Assembly: GCA_023261645.1 (NCBI GenBank)
Contig: JAHFOO010000001.1
Span: forward strand, 67,871-131,870
DNA length: 64,000 bases
Source of the DNA: Candidatus Moraniibacteriota bacterium
Lineage (GTDB): Bacteria > Patescibacteriota > Minisyncoccia > Moranbacterales > UBA1568
Direction: 5' to 3'
How positions within the stretch are numbered: the first letter of the stretch is position 1; every line of letters begins with the position of its first letter. Below the pieces are notes generated by a model. It saw only the letters and a program-made list of their open reading frames with translations, ran no database searches and was not told where the DNA came from. Position numbers and translations under genes: made by a program. Shown here one piece after another: positions 39,101 to 46,596 of the stretch.

Positions 39101-42100
39101 TCACAGGACGCTGATGGCATCACTGTACCCGTGACATCCGGTACGACATATCTTTTCGAAGCTTCCGGGACATTCAATCCGACTTCTGCCCCCGGGTATG
39201 AGTCCGATGCCGCCTATACGAAAGTCAATGGTGTCGTGTCGGGCCTCTATGGCATCCACGGGACAGGCAATGATTACGCGGCACACGCCCTCCTCGGCGA
39301 TTTGGGAAGCGGAGTGGGAGTCATCGATTGGGGAACTCAGACGAATACGCATATCTACAACGAAGCCTATACTCCGAGCACCACAGGCAATGCACAGTTC
39401 GTCATCGGTGATCGTTACAGCAATTGGTTCGTGACTCCATATCAGAATCAATCCGGAATGAATGACAACCAAGGCGACCTGACACTCAAGCAATATGAAT
39501 GCCAAGCCAAATCGGAAGTCAAAGTCTGTAAGGTAGATGCGAGCGGCGCACCGCTTTCTGGTTGGAATGTATTTTTGAAAGGAGATAAAGTAGATACTGT
39601 TTCCGTTTTACCGACAGGAGCAACGTATTCTTCGTCTGCTCTTCCGACCGATGACTACATCCTCGAAGCGAACGGTACCTATACGTATCGACCAGGTACT
39701 CCTGGTGCGGAATACACCGATGCGAATTACTCGAAACGCGCTCCATCAGACTCTGTGTATGGCGGACCGTATGTTCCGTGGGTAAATGTGAACACATTCC
39801 CGAATCCGCATACCGGCCGGCTCGGTGTGATGGTGGATGGTTCAGCTACTGATTGGAGCAGTTATTTCAATCCGGCACATCAGTATGTTCTCGGTGAACC
39901 GAATCATACAGGTGTGTTTGATTTCAAGATTCTTGATGACGTCTACTCTGATAACAGCGGTTCTCTCCCAGTCGATATCTACAAAGGCTATGCCGGAGTG
40001 ACCAATAAAGATGGTTGTATCACTTTCGCAGATGTTCCACTCGGGACATACACGACAGGTGAGGTGATGCAGGACGGTTGGGAAAATGTTTCCGGCATCG
40101 GATCGGCCGTCGTCAATAACGCCACGGAAACCTTCACCCTTGAAAATCGTGAAATCCCGAAACCAGCCAAGATTTCTGCAGAAAAAGTGGTCTGTGATAA
40201 TGAGTCATATCTGCCGAATATGAGTGGTGGAGCGGATATCACCGCTACCACGGCCAGCAATTGGGTAGCTCAGAGCAATAATCACTGTCATATCGAGCCA
40301 GACTGGAATTTTCAGTGGTCCAGAAATGGCGGATCATTCGGGGCATTCCAAACCAATACTGCTTCCCTCGGATCTCCGTGGCAGACCTTCTCCGGTGAAA
40401 CACCGCTTCCTCTCGATGTCCTCGGACAGAAAGTGGAAGTCCGTGAAGTGTTCCCGAATACTACGTACGTTCCTTTCACGAACGCGGGCGATGTCAGCGC
40501 GGAAATCTATTGTGCCAATGACGTGGCCAACTATGACAACTGGGAGTGGATCCAGAATATCCAAGCCGGTACAACCTATCACTGCGTCGCATTCAATGCG
40601 CTGAAAAAGGCAACACTATCAATCAACAAAGTTTGTTTGCCGAGCACCAATGGCTTAGAGAAATTCAATTTACAAATAGATGATGCCAATGTCACCACCG
40701 ATACTCTGTGTGGTGGATCGACAAACGGTCCGATCGAAGTGACTCCTGGATCTCATACGGTTGGTGAAACAGGAGGTTCTGGAACAAATCTTTCTGATTA
40801 CACGTCTGTTATCAGCGGAGATTGTGCACCGGATGGTACAGTGAGTTTGATAGCAGGAGAAAATAAATCATGCACTATCACCAACACCAAAAAACCTCCG
40901 GTTACGGTTGTCGCTACGAAGGTTGTGTGTACCGATGAGGCTGACTTGCCAAATTGGGGGGCTGGTCCGTCCAATAACATCACTGCTATTACCGCCCAAA
41001 GATGGGTAAACACGCATTCAAGTTGCAAAATAATTACAGACTGGCAATTTCAATGGAGTCTCGATAACGTCGGGAATCCTGGTGACAATACAGAGGTCGC
41101 AGGGAGCGGTTGGAATACGTTCAATGCAGGCAGTGTTGAAATCAATAATCCTGATACATCACGTCTGTGGTTCCGTGAAGCCTTGAAGCCTGATTACATC
41201 CCATTCACATACGGTGCGACAGGGAATGCCAACAATGTCAGTGCGGAGTTTTACTGTAATTCTGATGTCTTGAACTACGACAACTGGGAATGGATTGATA
41301 CCGTACCCGGTCAAACCTATTATTGTGTCGCGTGGAATGTTCTCAAGACTGGAACGATTACGGGATTCAAGTGGAATGATCTCAACGGTAATGGAGAATA
41401 TGATTGTAACAATATCGGTACCGCACTTGTAGGAATCGAACCAATTTGCGAACCCAAGCTCTCAAACTGGACTATCTATATCGATACCAATAAAGACGGA
41501 GTGAATAATGATGGCGTTTCAACCACCACTGATACAGATGGTAATTACAGTTTCGGAAATCTTATTCCGGGCACGTATCATATCTGTGAAGAGCAACAGT
41601 TTGGTTGGACGCAGACTCCTTCGCCTGCCTGTCATGATGTCATCGTGACACCTGGTCAGACAAGCACAGATAATAACTTCGGAAACTTCCAGCTTGGAAC
41701 GATTACGGGTATCAAGTATGAGGATTGTAATGGTAACGGCGAACAAGATATTGACGGAGAAGACAGAGTCTCTGAACAAGCAGGGGCATGCCAAGAAACT
41801 GGCCTCGCTGGTTGGACCATCTATCTTGATCTCAACCAGAATGGATTGTGGGATGATGAACCGAAGACTGTTACGGATGGAAATGGTGCGTATAGTTTCA
41901 CAGGACTCTTGGCAGGGAACTACAGCGTGCGTGAAGTACAACAAGAAGGATGGCAACAAAGAGAGAACTTCTGTGGTGGCCCAACAATTTCAACGGATAA
42001 CAAGACGTTCAGACCGGAGGTAGTGAGTGGCGGAGCCAATATCGAATCCGGTTCTTCGGTAGATTGCCCGATTGGTAATATGCGTACACCAAGTCTCAGT

Positions 42101-43705
42101 ATCGAGAAATGGAAAGACGGTACGAGCACACGGCATCCCGGTGATACAGTGAGATATCATATCCGTGTGACAGCACACGACAATGATGTGCTCGGTGTCA
42201 GCGTCACCGATCTGCCACCGGCAGGATTTGTCTATGTTGGTGGGAGTGCGATTGCGGATCAAGGAGGACTCACTCATATATATGCCTCACCAGGTATCTG
42301 GACACTGGGTGATATGACTGCCGGACAGTCGATCGAACTTGCCTACGACACGACGATTTCCGGTACGCAAGACGCGGGTAATTACAGAGATCTCGCTTAT
42401 GCTACGGGAAATTCCGAGGCGAATACCGGAGATAATCCCGATGTCATCGCTGAAGACCCAATCGATTCTGATAACTTTGTCGGAACAGAGGTAGCGGTCG
42501 CTCTTCCTACTTCTCTGGCCGTTCAGTTGGATGAGAAAACCAAGACGAAAACAGAGACTCACAAGAAGATCAAGCAGGTGCTCGGAGCATCGACGCTCCC
42601 GGCAACCGGTGCCAATAGTCTGTGGATGGCACTCGCTGTGGCTATGTTGGCACTCGGGCTCGGTATGATCTTGCTCGCTCAAAAGAAGAAGACTTTGGCT
42701 ATGAATAAATCAAATGGTATGACTGTAAAAATGTTGGGACTGCTTGTTCTCGGAGTATCTGTCCTTGCTTTGCCGTCTACAGCAAGTGCTGTTTCGAACA
42801 CTTCTGTCCGTATCGAAACACCGAAAGCAGTCGTGAGCACTCCTGATCTCAAGATCGGATTCGTCGTGCTCGATATAAGCAATGGTACACCAAGTGTCGT
42901 ATGTGAGGTGAATAATGGCGGAGGGTTCACAAATTTCCCTTCTGGACATATCGAATATACTGCACAGCCTGGTGGGAACTCTGGAAACTGTGTCGTGGAT
43001 GCGATTGTGATGCCTGTAGATGGTGATTACACGTTTCGTGTCACTGCTGATGGTTCTGTTTCAAGCGATGAAGTTTCAGTTACACTCGTCTCGACTGCCC
43101 CCGGCACTCCGCTCAATTACAATCGTGAGAAGAACAGTTGCGGAGTATCATTTACGACGGCCAATGATGGCCTGACTACCGGTGTGGAACTGTATCGTTC
43201 GACAGAGAGTACGTTTGTCGCTGATGCATCGACGCTCGCTACAACGCTTGCTATCGCCCCGAATACGAATGGCTCGATGATCGATCCTGGAGCGGATTGC
43301 AAAGATTATTTCTATGCTATCCGGGCGGTGAGCGCTTCCGGTGCCGGCTCTTCATTTGTCGGTGATGACAACGTGAATGTCAAACACAAGACGAAGACCA
43401 AGACAGTGATAGAGACTGTCGCTGGTCCGGTCGGGGGAGCTATCCCTGTCACAGGTGGCGGAACAGTTGTCGGTGGTGAAGCGACACCAGGTACAGAAGG
43501 ATCCGTTCAAGGTGCGGAAACAGAGAATCTTCCGGGCAAAAGTGGATCGGTACTCGGTGAAGAAACGACAGCTGACAGCGGTTCGAACTCTTGGATGAGC
43601 AGTCATCCGTGGTGGTCTGCTATTATCGCTCTCGCCTTGCTTGCTCTCGGTTACTTCGGTTACCAGGCCTATCAGAAAAAGCGAAATGAACAACCCCTTC
43701 AGTAG
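36116..43705 (+). CDS. giant surface adhesin ORF (2529 codons), LPXTG protein read through into a downstream secreted protein
   Basis: Signal-anchor N-terminus. Beta-helix repeats. Two Myxococcus-type Cys-rich repeats (CGDGVVNNNEACDYG…, CGDGKVNQTSEQCDG…). Two SdrD-B/CnaB-like domains. DUF11 domain. LPATG plus TM plus KKK at codons ~2160-2195. Then a new signal-peptide-like start (MNKSNGMTVKMLGLLVLGVSVLALPSTASA). Confidence 0.8.
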   Translation: MKSLTRWVRRSMWRSLHKSFNVVVIMALLLQPVGTVGVYGAFSFSRGVPIATAVETEPATPVVDAPADVTPPKEDRVTPVEETKPVVEKKTTPADTPPVTMASPVITPTEIPASVPSISDTGASTENTGISSLSATTEGTSVTSQNTSPTDGVVPPVDTTVVAPADPVITTPEASVPPKETWVTDGNKSVTNDSVEKGKTYVAPQNDQVTVTFTKLPEKAGTLSIEEITLTDEQMSSLGALSNKAYDITSDMADGTFAYELTLPKAESEKNVQIKFAEDTAGLKNAETVPSDDVKTKNTSVNVTLDHFTIFVVVNPNTQPNCDAVSLGTTIGTTCFNTVSAAIAAAVSNDTIKVANGAYFETGLIIPSTKSGLTIEGQSKAGTTIHTTADWGFDIQADNTTLKNLTLVDDSTNAGYHVKVYNLNGFTFQDIAMTGFSFGTGVKRGGLDLNSVKNSSIKDVTIGGYYKNGYAITSVCNTTNTSSNAVLENVGVSNVGWNGFAFQLASGPSCSPAGSAITGVEFQGTNSVLNTGQFGVFVEGTAAIGISSPSSGPVDLGTFNFVGPFGFGYIGNQQKNNLSALQANFDGDTNPDTIETKIFHDCVNSPYPHGACNGVSDLSSGYGSVDYARVTLEEDKVNICHATSSSSNPYTSNSVSINSVSKCLDANGHGNHTGDIIPSYTTANCFYPGKNWDVAGQAIWNNQCEPVAVAPSCGDGVVNNNEACDYGTLNGSSTCSGSCQWNAAPVCSVDSTNVTNGEFEIPDVTNGAQWDIFNNSQVPGWTAAWYGGASTFGEVNRPDPKIEIHSGVNGWTTGSDQYVELDSDWDGPAGSLNGEPASIALSQTIPTIVGNEYTISFDYAARPNHNDNRLSFKVNGSEKFDSGNMVGGGSVSWHTQSYTFTATAGTSTILSFTETGTPDSYGMFLDNVRIGCSEAVKVCGDGKVNQTSEQCDGTDGVTAGMFCSANCQLIPQYDSPGFCPTDKPVKKLIDTYTISSQDADGITVPVTSGTTYLFEASGTFNPTSAPGYESDAAYTKVNGVVSGLYGIHGTGNDYAAHALLGDLGSGVGVIDWGTQTNTHIYNEAYTPSTTGNAQFVIGDRYSNWFVTPYQNQSGMNDNQGDLTLKQYECQAKSEVKVCKVDASGAPLSGWNVFLKGDKVDTVSVLPTGATYSSSALPTDDYILEANGTYTYRPGTPGAEYTDANYSKRAPSDSVYGGPYVPWVNVNTFPNPHTGRLGVMVDGSATDWSSYFNPAHQYVLGEPNHTGVFDFKILDDVYSDNSGSLPVDIYKGYAGVTNKDGCITFADVPLGTYTTGEVMQDGWENVSGIGSAVVNNATETFTLENREIPKPAKISAEKVVCDNESYLPNMSGGADITATTASNWVAQSNNHCHIEPDWNFQWSRNGGSFGAFQTNTASLGSPWQTFSGETPLPLDVLGQKVEVREVFPNTTYVPFTNAGDVSAEIYCANDVANYDNWEWIQNIQAGTTYHCVAFNALKKATLSINKVCLPSTNGLEKFNLQIDDANVTTDTLCGGSTNGPIEVTPGSHTVGETGGSGTNLSDYTSVISGDCAPDGTVSLIAGENKSCTITNTKKPPVTVVATKVVCTDEADLPNWGAGPSNNITAITAQRWVNTHSSCKIITDWQFQWSLDNVGNPGDNTEVAGSGWNTFNAGSVEINNPDTSRLWFREALKPDYIPFTYGATGNANNVSAEFYCNSDVLNYDNWEWIDTVPGQTYYCVAWNVLKTGTITGFKWNDLNGNGEYDCNNIGTALVGIEPICEPKLSNWTIYIDTNKDGVNNDGVSTTTDTDGNYSFGNLIPGTYHICEEQQFGWTQTPSPACHDVIVTPGQTSTDNNFGNFQLGTITGIKYEDCNGNGEQDIDGEDRVSEQAGACQETGLAGWTIYLDLNQNGLWDDEPKTVTDGNGAYSFTGLLAGNYSVREVQQEGWQQRENFCGGPTISTDNKTFRPEVVSGGANIESGSSVDCPIGNMRTPSLSIEKWKDGTSTRHPGDTVRYHIRVTAHDNDVLGVSVTDLPPAGFVYVGGSAIADQGGLTHIYASPGIWTLGDMTAGQSIELAYDTTISGTQDAGNYRDLAYATGNSEANTGDNPDVIAEDPIDSDNFVGTEVAVALPTSLAVQLDEKTKTKTETHKKIKQVLGASTLPATGANSLWMALAVAMLALGLGMILLAQKKKTLAMNKSNGMTVKMLGLLVLGVSVLALPSTASAVSNTSVRIETPKAVVSTPDLKIGFVVLDISNGTPSVVCEVNNGGGFTNFPSGHIEYTAQPGGNSGNCVVDAIVMPVDGDYTFRVTADGSVSSDEVSVTLVSTAPGTPLNYNREKNSCGVSFTTANDGLTTGVELYRSTESTFVADASTLATTLAIAPNTNGSMIDPGADCKDYFYAIRAVSASGAGSSFVGDDNVNVKHKTKTKTVIETVAGPVGGAIPVTGGGTVVGGEATPGTEGSVQGAETENLPGKSGSVLGEETTADSGSNSWMSSHPWWSAIIALALLALGYFGYQAYQKKRNEQPLQ
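42701..43705 (+). CDS. secreted FN3-like protein with C-terminal TM anchor (second half of the fused ORF, if independently translated)
   Basis: ATG 42701 is followed by a canonical Sec signal peptide. C-terminal TM AIIALALLALGYFGY plus KKR. Confidence 0.45.
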   Translation: MNKSNGMTVKMLGLLVLGVSVLALPSTASAVSNTSVRIETPKAVVSTPDLKIGFVVLDISNGTPSVVCEVNNGGGFTNFPSGHIEYTAQPGGNSGNCVVDAIVMPVDGDYTFRVTADGSVSSDEVSVTLVSTAPGTPLNYNREKNSCGVSFTTANDGLTTGVELYRSTESTFVADASTLATTLAIAPNTNGSMIDPGADCKDYFYAIRAVSASGAGSSFVGDDNVNVKHKTKTKTVIETVAGPVGGAIPVTGGGTVVGGEATPGTEGSVQGAETENLPGKSGSVLGEETTADSGSNSWMSSHPWWSAIIALALLALGYFGYQAYQKKRNEQPLQ

Positions 43706-43724
43706 AGACAATTTTTCCCGTAGT

Positions 43725-44405
43725 ATGGAAAAGACAGGCCCGCCCGCACCGTTACGCAAGTCCGCTGACGGAGCGTTTCGGGCAGGCATTGTTCTTGTGA
43801 CGATGTCTGTCATCATTTTTTTGCTGACTTTCTATCCTGTGGTGAAAGAAGAATTGAAATACCAGTTGCTTCCCAGACATACTGATGTTGTGGTGACAAC
43901 TCGTGAAGAAGCATCGAAACAGGCACAGACAGGAGGGAAAGTAAGTGACAATATCATTTATCCGGTGGATGAGGATTTCGGTATTGTCATTCCCAAACTT
44001 TCTGCTAATGCCAAAGTCATTCCTGATGTCGATTGGACGAACGAAGCGGTGTATCAGAGAGCTTTGACCCAAGGAGTGGCGCAGGCGAGGGGGACAGCCT
44101 CTCCGGGGGAGGCGGGGAATGTGTTTCTTTTCGCTCATTCCGGGGTTGACTTTTATGAGGCTGTTCTTTATAATGCCCAGTTCTATCTTTTGAGCAAATT
44201 GGTGCCCGGAGATGAGATCGATCTCTTTTATCACAAGCAGAAATTCGTCTATCGAGTGAGCGAGAAGAAGACGGTTTCGCCCGAGAATGTCGAGTATCTG
44301 ACAGACGATACCAAGGAGAAAACATTGACGCTGATGACCTGCACTCCGGCCGGGACGACGTTCAAACGCCTGCTCGTGATTGCCGATCAGGTGGAAAATA
44401 ATTAG
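43725..44405 (+). CDS. srt: sortase (transpeptidase)
   Basis: Catalytic His (FLFAHSG) and Cys (LTLMTCTP) motifs. N-terminal TM. Immediately downstream of the LPXTG protein. Start could alternatively be 43686 or 43803. Confidence 0.8.
   Translation: MEKTGPPAPLRKSADGAFRAGIVLVTMSVIIFLLTFYPVVKEELKYQLLPRHTDVVVTTREEASKQAQTGGKVSDNIIYPVDEDFGIVIPKLSANAKVIPDVDWTNEAVYQRALTQGVAQARGTASPGEAGNVFLFAHSGVDFYEAVLYNAQFYLLSKLVPGDEIDLFYHKQKFVYRVSEKKTVSPENVEYLTDDTKEKTLTLMTCTPAGTTFKRLLVIADQVENN
43737..43787. repeat. GC-rich inverted-repeat element, family 2, overlapping the 5' end of the sortase gene
   Basis: GGCCCGCCCGCA-CCGTTACGCAAGTCCGCTGACGGAGCGTT-TCGGGCAGGC. Confidence 0.55.
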
Positions 44406-44414
44406 CATACCATT

Positions 44415-45002
44415 ATGCAAGAATTGAGCGTGAAAATTTGGAAGAGTGTGCGAGAAAATCTCGTGGTGGTTTTCCTCTGTCTGTTTCTTATCATTGATAT
44501 TTTCTCCTTGTCAGCCATTACATACAGAGGTTCGGATGTCCTTCTGAATATTTCAGGACAAAGTGGGTCGTCCACAAACAGTGAGCGTGCCGTACAACCT
44601 CTCGCTTCGAAGAATATTCCCAAGATTTCGGAAATCAAGGGTCCGCGTATCGATGATGAAGCGGCGATGATTGCCGTGGAAGAATCTCTTTCTGCAGAGG
44701 CGCAGGCGAAAGCGTGTTTCAGTCTGCCGGCAGAGATTTGGGTATTTCTTCTGATAGCATTTGTTGCCCTTCTCATATTCAACCTCACGTACGATTTCGG
44801 ACGGGCGACGAAAATCCAGTGGGGATGGGAACTCGGGCTTGTCCTCCTCACCCTCCTTGCTTGGTTCATATGGGATGAATGTCGCACCTCCGTCTGGTTT
44901 CCTCTCTCCATCATCAAGATGGGAGTCATCATCTATGCCCTGTATCTGTATTTTTTCGAGAGAAAATTTCCAAAAGGAAAGACTGGGAGTCTGTTTCAAT
45001 AG
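44415..45002 (+). CDS. hypothetical membrane protein (195 aa)
   Basis: 3-4 TM helices. No domain recognised. Confidence 0.4.
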   Translation: MQELSVKIWKSVRENLVVVFLCLFLIIDIFSLSAITYRGSDVLLNISGQSGSSTNSERAVQPLASKNIPKISEIKGPRIDDEAAMIAVEESLSAEAQAKACFSLPAEIWVFLLIAFVALLIFNLTYDFGRATKIQWGWELGLVLLTLLAWFIWDECRTSVWFPLSIIKMGVIIYALYLYFFERKFPKGKTGSLFQ

Positions 45003-45242
45003 TTATATGTTAGATTCTCGAGCGTTGTTTAGAGTTGTTCCTTTCGGTTTTCTTTTGAGAGCACACTCGCTCACCCAGCCGTTTCACTCACTCCTGTTTC
45101 CCCTTCGCTCTTTTTGCTCTTGAAAAGCAAAAAACCATGCCCGCTTTGGGAAAACAAGTCTCTCAAAAGAAAATCGAAAAGAACGAAGCAGGAGATAACC
45201 TCATAAACAACGCCGTTCATTCTTACAAGTTACTGCGCAAAT

Positions 45243-45280
45243 AAAAAAAACCGAGCTTTTCAGGGCTCGGTTTTTCTTTT
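45243..45280. terminator. bidirectional intrinsic terminator
   Basis: A8-CCGAGC-ttttcag-GGCTCGG-T5. Confidence 0.7.
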
Positions 45281-45297
45281 GGTTCAAGAAGTCTTTT

Positions 45298-45474
45298 TTA
45301 CAAGAGCCCCATTTGGCCAAAGAAGGTGAGGCTTATGACAGGAACGAGAGCAAGCAAGAATGCAAAGCTCATTTCTTCGTTTTTTGCCGCCTCTTGCGCC
45401 ACTTGTGCACATTTTTCGCAACCGCCTGTTCCACAGGATGTATCGGTGCTTGATGTCTCCATAATAGGTTCCAT
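45298..45474 (-). CDS. small (58-aa) Cys-containing membrane peptide, absent from the ORF track
   Basis: MEPIMETSSTDTSCGTGGCEKCAQVAQEAAKNEEMSFAFLLALVPVISLTFFGQMGLL*. Terminator immediately downstream on the minus strand. Family-1 palindrome upstream. Confidence 0.35.
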   Translation of the reverse strand: MEPIMETSSTDTSCGTGGCEKCAQVAQEAAKNEEMSFAFLLALVPVISLTFFGQMGLL

Positions 45475-45498
45475 ACTATTTTTGTTAATATTTATGTT

Positions 45499-45520
45499 TG
45501 CCTGCCTGCCGGTAGGCAGG
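45499..45520. repeat. GC-rich palindromic repeat, family 1, followed by a T-run
   Basis: TTGCCTGCCTGCCGGTAGGCAGGTTTTT. Confidence 0.6.
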
Positions 45521-45755
45521 TTTTTATTTTACCCAATTCGACTTTTGGGCTTTGCTTAGTGCAAATTGAGAAAGAAAAAACGGATGCCTGACGATTACGC
45601 CATTCACCCGCTTTTCACTTCTCAATACAACTAGTATAGCAGAAAATTATGCTTCCGTCAACCCCGTCCATCGCCTTTCCTCGTCCATTTTGGTGATTTC
45701 GATTCTTCGGGTATAATGAGAAGGAAGTGGAGAAAAATGATAAGAAAGAAAGAGT

Positions 45756-46490
45756 ATGTACAAGAAAATATTTGGAGTAATCTTCGTCACCGGAGCGATG
45801 CTCCTCTCTGGTTGCACGACGCCCGAAGTGAAGAAAGAAACGCCTGCGAAAAACGATTTGTCATTCTATCCGGATGCGAGCAAGGAAGAAGGGACGACTC
45901 CGAAGACAACTCCTGAGAAGAAAGAACCTCAAACTCCATCGACGCCGACTCCTCAACCTGTTAACACACCAAACAACAAAAAAATGTATACAACACCACC
46001 AGCAATGACGATTGACGTCACCAAGACATACAGTGCGACGCTGAAGACTGATCTGGGTGACATCGTCGTCGACCTCTCTGCCAAGGATACACCGATAACT
46101 GTCAATAATTTTGTCTTTTTGGCACGAGAGAAATTTTATGATGATACTGTCTTCCATCGAACGATCAGTGGTTTTATGATTCAGGGTGGCGATCCGACCG
46201 GGACGGGTACAGGAGGTCCTGGATATAAGTTCGCCGATGAACCGTTCACGGGCGAATATACCAGAGGGACGCTGGCTATGGCCAATGCCGGACCGAATAC
46301 GAACGGTAGTCAATTTTTCATTATGCACAAAGACACGGCTTTGCCGAAGAGTTATGTGATTTTCGGACACGTCACAAGCGGTTTGGATGTCGTCGACAAG
46401 ATTGCGGAGGCTCCGACCATACGTGGAGGGGAAGGATCGTCGCCCATCACTCCGGTCGTCATAAAAACGGTCGTCGTGACAGAGAAGTAA
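45756..46490 (+). CDS. cyclophilin-type peptidyl-prolyl cis-trans isomerase, lipoprotein
   Basis: Lipobox LLSGC. FHRTISGFMIQGGDPTGTGTGGPGYKFADE cyclophilin signature. Confidence 0.85.
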   Translation: MYKKIFGVIFVTGAMLLSGCTTPEVKKETPAKNDLSFYPDASKEEGTTPKTTPEKKEPQTPSTPTPQPVNTPNNKKMYTTPPAMTIDVTKTYSATLKTDLGDIVVDLSAKDTPITVNNFVFLAREKFYDDTVFHRTISGFMIQGGDPTGTGTGGPGYKFADEPFTGEYTRGTLAMANAGPNTNGSQFFIMHKDTALPKSYVIFGHVTSGLDVVDKIAEAPTIRGGEGSSPITPVVIKTVVVTEK

Positions 46491-46596
46491 TGCTTCGATT
46501 CTGTTCTCATTGAGAAAAGTTGATGCAAAAAACGAGGTCTCCCTCGTTTTTTGATGTCAGAAGATATGCTACAATGAAGGAAATAGGTGATACGTT

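Noticed and set aside
21626-45002. Prophage
   Set aside because: No capsid, terminase, portal or tail genes. The content is T4SS-like and surface proteins plus a recombinase, so an integrative-element remnant is the better reading.
45326-45559. Plus-strand ORF 45326-45559
   Set aside because: It is antisense to the better-supported small Cys peptide, spans the GC palindrome, and has no RBS and no hydrophobic or domain signal.
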